DNA of 64,000 nt from the NCBI RefSeq assembly GCF_965219815.1, contig NZ_OZ244791.1, positions 2,604,491 through 2,668,490 of the forward strand. Direction: 5' to 3'. A program made the position numbers and the translations under genes. Shown one piece after another: positions 26,725 to 33,778 of the stretch. Position 1 is the stretch's first letter. Each line of letters begins with the position of its first letter. Source of the stretch: Candidatus Poriferisocius sp. GTDB taxonomy: Bacteria; Actinomycetota; Acidimicrobiia; Acidimicrobiales; Bin134. Under the pieces are notes generated by a model. The model did no database searches and had not been told where the DNA came from. It saw nothing but the letters and a program-made list of their open reading frames with translations.

Positions 26725-27678
26725 ATGAACAATCTCTTTAGCGATGAAGTTCTGGACGCCCTCGTAGTGGAGATCAATTCGGGACGATCCATTTCCAGGC
26801 CCAAGGATGCACTTTCCGAAGCGCGGGAATTCCATGGGTGGACATTGAATAAGCTAGAAGTATTTGACTTATATCTGAAGCTTTACCGGATAGTTGCGGG
26901 GAACGGTACCTGCATTGACGCATTTGCTGGCACAGGGAGAGGATTGTCCACAGGAAATGGAGAGACAGTACATGTTGATGGCTCGTCCCTCATCGCAGCA
27001 AAGAGCGGCGCATTCTCCAATTTACATCTGATAGAAAGAGATAATGCTAGTTTTCAGCTTTTGAACATCGAAATTATGTCGCTGAAGCCAAGTCAGCAGT
27101 CAAAAATACAGACGTACAATGATGACTGCAATTTGAAAATTCCAGATTTACTACAGGGAGGTAAGCTTGATCCTTCGAAGCCATGCTTCGCATTCTTAGA
27201 TCAAGAATCGACTCAGCTAGATTGGGCGACTATTGAAGCGCTTGCGGGATGGAAGACGTATGAACCCCCGCCGACTGAAAGAGGTAGGCCAAAGGCTTGC
27301 AAAACTGAGTTGTGGATTCTTTTCAACACATATCAAGCAATCACTCGGTTATGGCCCACCGATCGACAGAAATACCCTGAGGCGTTCAGCCCCCAAACAT
27401 TGGATAGAATCTTTGGAGGTCGGGAAGTCTGGTGGGATCTTTGGCAGGACGAACGGTCCTTTAGTGCTCTAGTGGAGCGGTATTGCGACCGGTTGTACGA
27501 GATCGGGTACCAGTATGTCCTACCTCAATTGATAAGGGATCCTGGTACTGGCCGCCCTCAATACCACATGATTCACGCGACAGACCACCCTAGTGCCATC
27601 TCATTCATGAGATGGGCGAAACGAAGCAGCGATGGCTATGAAAACCAGCAGCTTCTCGGCATGGAGACCTCCACGTAG
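26725..27678 (+). CDS. TcmP-like (three-Cys-motif partner) protein with a class-I methyltransferase-like fold
   Basis: ORF track, 317 aa, starting 18 nt after the DUF5131 stop with AAGGA upstream. Motif I is CIDAFAGTGRG (nt 26917-26937). It is followed by HLIERD and, at the motif-IV position, AFLDQES. G+C is markedly low: my count is 70/180 for 27001-27180. Confidence 0.65.
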   Translation: MNNLFSDEVLDALVVEINSGRSISRPKDALSEAREFHGWTLNKLEVFDLYLKLYRIVAGNGTCIDAFAGTGRGLSTGNGETVHVDGSSLIAAKSGAFSNLHLIERDNASFQLLNIEIMSLKPSQQSKIQTYNDDCNLKIPDLLQGGKLDPSKPCFAFLDQESTQLDWATIEALAGWKTYEPPPTERGRPKACKTELWILFNTYQAITRLWPTDRQKYPEAFSPQTLDRIFGGREVWWDLWQDERSFSALVERYCDRLYEIGYQYVLPQLIRDPGTGRPQYHMIHATDHPSAISFMRWAKRSSDGYENQQLLGMETST

Positions 27679-27682
27679 TCCG

Positions 27683-27919
27683 TCACATGAACGGGTCAAT
27701 GATCTGGTCCATGTCGCGGCGCATCTTGTCGGGGTCGACGTGAGGCAGATGCCGCCAGCGGTTGAGCAGAGTAGCGGGATCAGCGTTTCTTCGGCGCAGG
27801 GGTCGGAGTTCAGCCACGGGCTGTCCCGATTGGGTCACGATGACGTGCTCGCCATCATGCATCTGGTTGATGGCGCTAGAGCAGTGGTTGCACAGCTCAA
27901 ACGCGGTTGAGGGGGCCAC
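27683..27919 (-). CDS. Phd/YefM-type type II antitoxin (VapB-like), no cognate toxin present
   Basis: ORF track (GTG start). FELCNHCSSAINQMHDGEHVIVTQSGQPVAELRPL matches the Phd/YefM N-terminal fold pattern. The C-terminal LLNRWRHLPHVDPDKMRRDMDQIIDP resembles the toxin-wrapping tails of mycobacterial VapB. The stop lies 4 nt from the convergent TcmP stop. Confidence 0.65.
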   Translation of the reverse strand: MAPSTAFELCNHCSSAINQMHDGEHVIVTQSGQPVAELRPLRRRNADPATLLNRWRHLPHVDPDKMRRDMDQIIDPFM

Positions 27920-28067
27920 GTCTCAAATCTAATCCGGGGAGCCCTTCAAACCCTGACGAAATTCCGGCAGCGCAGTAATGGCTCACGTTTTGCCGCGCCC
28001 AGGCCTTGGCCAATGCGTTGTATGGTTTCAGCTAGGCGGAGTTGGTGGGCCCAGGAGGACGATCGGG

Positions 28068-28295
28068 ATGCAGAGGTTTACGTTCACCCTGGTTGTTGAG
28101 GATCGCGATCTCAAGACGGATGAAGTTGTCGACGCGTTGTTCGAGGCAGGCTGTGATGATGCGCTAGTCGGGTCGTCCGAGGGGGTTCAATTCTTGGACT
28201 TCGATCGTGAGGCAGGTTCCGTTGAGGAGGCAGTTCGGTCGGCGGTGGCCGATGTGGAGTCAGTTGAAGGACTTAAGTTCGCTCGTCTGGGCTGA
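28068..28295 (+). CDS. Small acidic hypothetical protein
   Basis: Track ORF 27978..28295 trimmed to the ATG at 28068, which is preceded by AGGAGG at about 9 nt. The sequence is MQRFTFTLVVEDRDLKTDEVVDALFEAGCDDALVGSSEGVQFLDFDREAGSVEEAV... I recall seeing similar small proteins in actinobacteria but cannot name a family. Confidence 0.45.
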   Translation: MQRFTFTLVVEDRDLKTDEVVDALFEAGCDDALVGSSEGVQFLDFDREAGSVEEAVRSAVADVESVEGLKFARLG

Positions 28296-28325
28296 CTGTG
28301 CCCCAGTCAGTGATCCCCAATCGGT

Positions 28326-28556
28326 CTAGGGGCGACGTGCCGCCACCTGAGGAGGCCACTTCACCCCAGGCTCCGGCAGCGGCCTTCCTTCGGCCAATAG
28401 GTGCTCGATGGCCTCGGCGACCACTGCCCGGATGCCGGACTCTGCCGCTTCTCGGTCTGGCTCCAACCAGCTGATCAAGGGAAACCCGTCGCACAAGCCG
28501 ACCCACTCGCCGTCCTCTTCGGACCACTCAGTCCAGAAACGGTATTGATCAATCAT
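28326..28556 (-). CDS. HicB-like (UPF0150-type) antitoxin-fold protein
   Basis: Track ORF 28326..28580 trimmed to the ATG at 28556. YRFWTEWSEEDGEWVGLCDGFPLISWLEPDREAAESGIRAVVAEAIEHLLAEGRPLPEP matches the HicB N-terminal domain pattern. No C-terminal DNA-binding domain is visible. Confidence 0.6.
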   Translation of the reverse strand: MIDQYRFWTEWSEEDGEWVGLCDGFPLISWLEPDREAAESGIRAVVAEAIEHLLAEGRPLPEPGVKWPPQVAARRP

Positions 28557-28686
28557 CTTCGAACTCCTCCATCGCCTCAAGCACCCTCAGCACCTGGCGC
28601 ACCTGGTAGGGCTTCGCCTTGCCCTTGCGGGGCTGGAGAACCAGCAATCTAGGTGGTGCGAGGCACTGTACGACCGCGGGTTCCAT
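28549..28686 (-). CDS. Unannotated 45-aa ORF translationally coupled to the HicB-like gene
   Basis: Hand translation of the minus strand gives MEPAVVQCLAPPRLLVLQPRKGKAKPYQVRQVLRVLEAMEEFEDD-stop. It is below the ORF-track size cut-off. Its TGA (28549-28551) overlaps the HicB-like ATG region (GATGATTGA). The C-terminal VRQVLRVLEA.. weakly resembles the first helix of HicA toxins. Confidence 0.3.
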   Translation of the reverse strand: MEPAVVQCLAPPRLLVLQPRKGKAKPYQVRQVLRVLEAMEEFEDD

Positions 28687-28689
28687 GCC

Positions 28690-28814
28690 GCCGCCTTTTT
28701 GCCAAGATCGTCACTTGCATTAGCATATATAGAAATATATTGTAATAGCTAGAAAATATCGCACCCGAAGATCAGGGCGCCCAGGCAATTTGCACAAGCG
28801 AGGAGAAACACGGG
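28690..28814. promoter_or_regulatory. AT-rich divergent intergenic region (candidate promoters)
   Basis: The core 28711-28760 has 12/50 G+C by my count (tcacttgcattagcatatatagaaatatattgtaatagctagaaaatatc). It contains TTGCAT..TATATT and TTGTAA..AAATAT hexamer pairs. AGGAG lies 9 nt before the ATG at 28815. Confidence 0.4.
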
Positions 28815-29186
28815 ATGGGCGTGTTCCTGACGGCGGTGACGATCAGTTCGTTCGGGTTGATGATGTTAAATCTGGGGTTGCTGTACCCCTACTTGAGGAA
28901 CAAGTGGCATCGGCGGCGGTTGAAGAAGGTGCGGGCTGTCGGGCCCGATGGGACGGTGGTCACCAAGGACGACATTCGGCGTGAGCTCATGCGGGATCCC
29001 GTGGCTGCTGATTTATTCACCAGCGATGACACACCTGATGACGTGGCCCGGTACCTGTTCTTGGAGGCTGAGCGGCGGGCGATGCTGCGGAAGTGCAGTC
29101 GGCTCGACGACGATGAGAACGACTTCTTCGCCCCACCCCGCCGCTCCGGCCCCGATCCCGGCTTCCGGGGCTGCAATGAGTTGTGA
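28815..29186 (+). CDS. Hypothetical protein with a single N-terminal TM helix
   Basis: ORF track, 123 aa. MGVFLTAVTISSFGLMMLNLGLLYPYL is followed by a basic stretch (RNKWHRRRLKK) and an acidic soluble tail. There is a good SD. Confidence 0.5.
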   Translation: MGVFLTAVTISSFGLMMLNLGLLYPYLRNKWHRRRLKKVRAVGPDGTVVTKDDIRRELMRDPVAADLFTSDDTPDDVARYLFLEAERRAMLRKCSRLDDDENDFFAPPRRSGPDPGFRGCNEL

Positions 29187-29251
29187 TGTCTCCGAAGCAC
29201 GGACTGGAGTACCGAGAGGGCCTGCCGTGGAATTGCTGAGGACCAGCACCG

Positions 29252-29563
29252 ATGGCGCTTGAGCAAGACCCCAACCAGCAGCCGGATGACTTCGATATCC
29301 GGATCTTGCCGGAGATGGCGGGAGGTGTTTGGGCGAACTTCGCCAGAGTCAGCCACTCACCCTACGAATTCACCTTGGATTTCGTGCGGCTGGATTTCAC
29401 GACTGCGGACCCCATTCAGGGGGTTCTTGTGCAACGGGTCAACATGTCGCCTCAATTTGTCGAGCAGCTCATCAAGGTGCTTGACGCTAACCTCACTTTG
29501 TGGGCTTCGATTGTTGTGCCCACGGAGATGCGATGGTTGGAGGAGGAGCAAGACGATGAGTAG
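29252..29563 (+). CDS. DUF3467-family protein
   Basis: ORF track, 103 aa. GGVWANFARVSHSPYEFTLDFVRLD matches the conserved DUF3467 core as I recall it. GAGGA lies about 9 nt upstream. Confidence 0.6.
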   Translation: MALEQDPNQQPDDFDIRILPEMAGGVWANFARVSHSPYEFTLDFVRLDFTTADPIQGVLVQRVNMSPQFVEQLIKVLDANLTLWASIVVPTEMRWLEEEQDDE

Positions 29564-29792
29564 CGAACACGACGAGAGTTGGGTGCTGAGCGAAGAGGAG
29601 GTTGAGGTATCCCTCTACCCTGGTCAGCCGCCACGCCGGTATCGACTGCGAATGATCGCGGACCCGTACCCCAAGCCGCGCCACATAACTGGCGTCTTGC
29701 CGGAAGGATACTTGGACTACGGGCGCTTGGCGGTGGTCCCACACCGCTGCCGTCGGCCCGGTCCCGGCTCCCCGGACTCCGAAGAGCAGTGA
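29556..29792 (+). CDS. Hypothetical 78-aa protein, translationally coupled to the DUF3467 gene
   Basis: This is the internal ATG at 29556 of track ORF 29259..29792 (MSSEHDESWVLSEEEVEVSLYPGQPPRRYRLRMIADPY...). It overlaps the upstream stop (ATGAGTAG). I recognise no family. Confidence 0.35.
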   Translation: MSSEHDESWVLSEEEVEVSLYPGQPPRRYRLRMIADPYPKPRHITGVLPEGYLDYGRLAVVPHRCRRPGPGSPDSEEQ

Positions 29793-29859
29793 TCTGCCCC
29801 CTTCGTTGACAGGCCGCTACTCTCCCTCTGGCAGTTGACCGAAGGGGAGCTATCTACGC

Positions 29860-31404
29860 ATGTATCCGGGACAGCACGCTCGTACTACGCCGGACAAGGC
29901 GGCGCAGATCATGGCTGGTACGGGGGAGGTCACCACTTACCGGGAGCTGAATGAGGCGGCTAACCGGCTGGCACAGCTGCTGCATGACCGGGGGTTGCGG
30001 GAGGGCGACCACATCTGCATCTTGGCGGAGAACAATCGCCGGTATTACGAGGTGTTCTGGGCGGCGATGACGTCGGGGCTGTACTTCACCACCATCAACC
30101 GCTATCTGTCGCCGGAGGAGGCGGCTTATGTGGTGAACGACAGCGGGTCGAGCGCGCTGATAACCACCCTGGCGATGGCCAATACTGCTTCGCAGATGCT
30201 CGACCTCATTCCCGACTGTCGGCACAGGCTGATGATGGACGGTGCCGTGGACGGCTTTGAGTCGTACGAGGATGCCGCCGCGGCCATGTCGTCTGAGCCG
30301 CTGTCCCGGCTGCCCAAGGGCGAGGTGATGCTGTACTCGTCGGGCACCACCGGTCGGCCCAAGGGAATCAAGCGCCCTCTGACCGGCGTGGAGGTACACG
30401 ATGCCAGCCTGTCGGGCATCGGCATGCTTGAGCAGCACCTGCTGGGCATGGACGAGAACTCGGTGTACCTGAGCCCGGCGCCGCTCTATCACTCCGCCCC
30501 GCTGATGTACAGCGCCGGAGTTCACGAGCTAGGCGGCACGCTCGTGATCATGGACCGCTTCGACCCCGAGCGCTTCTTGGCCTATGTCGAGCAGTATTCG
30601 GTGACCGACACCCAGATGGTGCCCACCATGTTCATCCGCCTGCTCAAGCTGCCCGAGGAGGTTCGCAACCGCTACGACCTGTCGTCGTTGAAGATGGCGG
30701 TCCACGCCGCCGCGCCCTGCCCGGTGCCGGTCAAGGAGCAGATGATCGAGTGGTGGGGTCCGATCATCCAGGAGTACTACGCCGCCACCGAGGGCAACGG
30801 GCTGTGCTTCATCGGTGCCGAAGACTGGCTCGAGCACAAGGGGTCGGTGGGCAAGGCGATGATGGGAGTCCCCCACATCTGCGACGACGACGGCCGCGAG
30901 CTCGGCACCGGGGAGCCGGGGGTGGTCTATTTCGAGCAGGAAACCCCAACCTTCGAATATCACGACGACCCGGAGAAGACAAGAGAATCCCGCCATCCCC
31001 AGCACGACAACTGGTCCACGGTGGGCGACGTCGGATACCTCGATGCCGACGGCTACCTATACCTCACCGACCGGGCGACATTCATGATCATCAGTGGCGG
31101 GGTCAACATCTACCCCCAGGAGATCGAGGCCTGTTTCGCTCTGCACCCCCAGGTGGCCGACGTAGCGGTGTTCGGCCTGCCCGACGACGAGATGGGGGAG
31201 TACGTCCACGCGGTGGTGCAGCTCGAAGACGGCGTAGAGCCGTCCGACGAGCTGGCCGAGGAGTTGCGGGCCTTCGCCCGCCAGAATTTGGCCGGCTTCA
31301 AGGTGCCCCGGGTGGTGGACTTCCGGGCCGAGTTCCCCCGGCTGCCCACCGGCAAGCTGTACAAGAAGCCGCTGCGCGAGGAATACCTGGCCCGGCAGTC
31401 CTAG
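29860..31404 (+). CDS. Acyl-CoA synthetase (AMP-forming, ANL superfamily)
   Basis: ORF track, 514 aa. Motifs seen are MLYSSGTTGRPKGI, EYYAATEG, GDVGYLDADGYLYLTDR and PTGKLYKKPLRE. Confidence 0.9.
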   Translation: MYPGQHARTTPDKAAQIMAGTGEVTTYRELNEAANRLAQLLHDRGLREGDHICILAENNRRYYEVFWAAMTSGLYFTTINRYLSPEEAAYVVNDSGSSALITTLAMANTASQMLDLIPDCRHRLMMDGAVDGFESYEDAAAAMSSEPLSRLPKGEVMLYSSGTTGRPKGIKRPLTGVEVHDASLSGIGMLEQHLLGMDENSVYLSPAPLYHSAPLMYSAGVHELGGTLVIMDRFDPERFLAYVEQYSVTDTQMVPTMFIRLLKLPEEVRNRYDLSSLKMAVHAAAPCPVPVKEQMIEWWGPIIQEYYAATEGNGLCFIGAEDWLEHKGSVGKAMMGVPHICDDDGRELGTGEPGVVYFEQETPTFEYHDDPEKTRESRHPQHDNWSTVGDVGYLDADGYLYLTDRATFMIISGGVNIYPQEIEACFALHPQVADVAVFGLPDDEMGEYVHAVVQLEDGVEPSDELAEELRAFARQNLAGFKVPRVVDFRAEFPRLPTGKLYKKPLREEYLARQS

Positions 31405-31473
31405 CCGCCCGGCCTCTTTGGCCACCACACTCCCGGTTCCAGCCGGAATTACCCCGAAAGTTAGAGTAGGCAG

Positions 31474-32643
31474 ATGGCCTACACCGACGACGCGATCCGG
31501 GACCTGACCCGCCGGGTCTTCGGTCTGTGGCAGGACAACACCACCGATCTGGCCCCTGATGTGATGCGCCAGTCGGTAGACGCCTACCTCGACCAGGAGC
31601 GCTTCGAGTACGAGGTGGAGCGCATCTTCAAGCATCTGCCCTTGGCGCTGGCCCTCAGCTCGGAGCTTCCCGCCCCCGATACCTACAAGGCCATGGACGT
31701 CATGGGCGTGCCGGTGCTGCTCACCCGGGGCGCCGACGGTGCGGCCCGGGCGTTCCTCAACGTGTGCCGCCACCGGGGGTCGCCGCTGTGCGAGGCCGGG
31801 TCGGCAGGGTCGGCTCAACGGCTGAGCTGCCCCTACCACGCCTGGTCGTACGACACCGCCGGCGACCTGGTGGGCATGTTCGGCGCCCACACCTTCGGCG
31901 ACGTCGACCGCGACCACCTCTCCCTCACTCCACTGGCCTGTGCCGAGAAAGCCGGTTTCGTGTTCGCCAGCCTCACCCCCGGCATCACCTTCGACATCGA
32001 CGCCTTTCTGGGCGACTTCGGTCCCTATGTCGCCGCCCTCGACCTCGATCAGTGGCACATCTTCGAGCAGCGCACCCTCGACGGCCCCGGCTGGAAGGTG
32101 GCATGGGACGGCTACTTGGAGGGCTACCACCAGGAGCGGCTCCACCCCAAGACCGTGGGGCTGAACACCATCGGCAACCTCATGGCCCACGACACCTGGG
32201 GGCCGCACCAGCGCATCGTGTTCGGTCGAAAGTCGCTGCCCAAGCTGGTGAACCAGCCCGAAGATGAATGGGACCTCGACGAGCACATCCGCCTGATCCA
32301 CTCCATCTTCCCCAACGTGTCGATCTCCGGGATTCTGGGCGACTACTGCCTGCTGAGCCAGCTGTTCCCCGGTCCAACGGTAGACACCAGCCTCACCATC
32401 CAGACCGTGCTCTGCCGCCACGAACCGTCCACCGATGATGAGCGCGAGACAGCCGAGCAGTTCAGCGCCCTAGTGCTTCAAGCGGTGCGAGATGAGGACT
32501 ACTGGGTGGGCTTCCAGATCCAAAACGCCCTCAAGAGCGGCGCCACCGCCGAGGTGCTCTTCGGTCGCAACGAGCCCAGCTTGCAGCACTACCACCACGC
32601 GGTGGAGCGCTACGCCGAGCTGAGCGTGGACCGAGACAGCTAA
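31474..32643 (+). CDS. Rieske [2Fe-2S] ring-hydroxylating oxygenase, alpha subunit-like
   Basis: ORF track, 389 aa. The Rieske motif is CRHRGSPLC..x..CPYHAWSY, followed by a catalytic-domain-like C-terminus. No beta subunit or electron-transfer partners are adjacent. Confidence 0.85.
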   Translation: MAYTDDAIRDLTRRVFGLWQDNTTDLAPDVMRQSVDAYLDQERFEYEVERIFKHLPLALALSSELPAPDTYKAMDVMGVPVLLTRGADGAARAFLNVCRHRGSPLCEAGSAGSAQRLSCPYHAWSYDTAGDLVGMFGAHTFGDVDRDHLSLTPLACAEKAGFVFASLTPGITFDIDAFLGDFGPYVAALDLDQWHIFEQRTLDGPGWKVAWDGYLEGYHQERLHPKTVGLNTIGNLMAHDTWGPHQRIVFGRKSLPKLVNQPEDEWDLDEHIRLIHSIFPNVSISGILGDYCLLSQLFPGPTVDTSLTIQTVLCRHEPSTDDERETAEQFSALVLQAVRDEDYWVGFQIQNALKSGATAEVLFGRNEPSLQHYHHAVERYAELSVDRDS

Positions 32644-32683
32644 GAGTGCCGGGCAGCTAGCCTCCGCTGCCCAAAAACACCAG

Positions 32684-33778
32684 CTAGGTAATACTCAGCA
32701 TCCGGTCGAGGGCGATGCGGGCGTCGGCCGCAATATCCGGCTCCACGGTGATGCGGTTGCGGACCCTGTCCTCAACCAGGCCCTCCAGCGTCCAGGCCAG
32801 ATGGGCGGCATCGATGCGGAACATCGTCGAGCACGGGCAGATCAGCGGGTCAAGCGACACCACCGTTTTGTCCGGAGTCTCATCGTTCAGACGGTTCACC
32901 AGGTGGATCTCAGTGCCCACCCCGATCACCGAACCGGCTGGAGCGGCAGCCACCGCCTTGATGATGTAGTCGGTCGATCCCACCTGGTCGGCCACCGCGC
33001 ACACCTCCCGGCTGCACTCGGGGTGGACCACCACGATCCCATCGGGATGCTCGGCCCGAAACGCAGAAACGTGGTCGGGCTGGAACCGCTGGTGTACCGA
33101 GCAGTGCCCCCGCCACAGCAAAAGCACCGATTCCTTGCACTCGGCCTCGGTCAGCCCGCCCAGCTCGAAGCGGGGATTCCACACCGCCATGTCGGTCTCG
33201 TCGTATCCCATGTCGAACCCGGTGTTGCGCCCCAGGTGCTGGTCGGGGAAGAACAGCACCTGATCGCCCCGCTCCAGCGCCCACGTCAAAACCGCCCGGG
33301 CATTAGACGAAGTGCAAACCGCCCCGCCGTGGCGGGCCACGAACGCCTTCAGGTTTGCGGCCGAGTTCATGTAGGTGATGGGCACCACCCGGTCGATGTC
33401 GGTCACCCGGGCCAGCTCCTCCCAGGCCTCTTCCACCTGATCGATGTCAGCCATGTCGGCCATTGAGCAGCCCGCGTTCAGGTCGGGGAGCACCACCTGC
33501 TGATGGTCGCCGGTCAAGATGTCGGCCGACTCGGCCATGAAGTGGACCCCGCAGAACACGATGTACTCGGCCTCGGGGCGCTGTTGGGCCAGCACCGACA
33601 GCCGGAAGGAGTCGCCGCGGGCATCGGCCCAGGCCATCACCTCGTCGCGTTGGTAGTGATGCCCGAGAATGAACAGCCGGTCGCCCAGGGTTCTCTTGGC
33701 GTCGCCAATCCACTCCGCCAACTGCGGGGGCGATGCCGTTGTGTACCGCTCGGGGAGCGGTCGCTGAACGCGCAACAT
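32684..33778 (-). CDS. nadA: Quinolinate synthase
   Basis: Track ORF 32684..33940 trimmed to the ATG at 33778 (MLRVQRPLPERY), with GGAGG upstream. Motifs seen are ILGHHYQRDEV, FCGVHFMAESADIL, LNAGCSMADMA, CSVHQRF and ICPCSTM. Confidence 0.92.
   Translation of the reverse strand: MLRVQRPLPERYTTASPPQLAEWIGDAKRTLGDRLFILGHHYQRDEVMAWADARGDSFRLSVLAQQRPEAEYIVFCGVHFMAESADILTGDHQQVVLPDLNAGCSMADMADIDQVEEAWEELARVTDIDRVVPITYMNSAANLKAFVARHGGAVCTSSNARAVLTWALERGDQVLFFPDQHLGRNTGFDMGYDETDMAVWNPRFELGGLTEAECKESVLLLWRGHCSVHQRFQPDHVSAFRAEHPDGIVVVHPECSREVCAVADQVGSTDYIIKAVAAAPAGSVIGVGTEIHLVNRLNDETPDKTVVSLDPLICPCSTMFRIDAAHLAWTLEGLVEDRVRNRITVEPDIAADARIALDRMLSIT

Noticed and set aside
24601-27678. A possible prophage, suggested by the HNH endonuclease plus a 'phage Gp37/Gp68' gene.
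   Set aside because: I could recognise no integrase, terminase, portal, capsid, tail or lysis genes, and no att-like direct repeats. DUF222-HNH genes are common chromosomal residents in actinobacteria.
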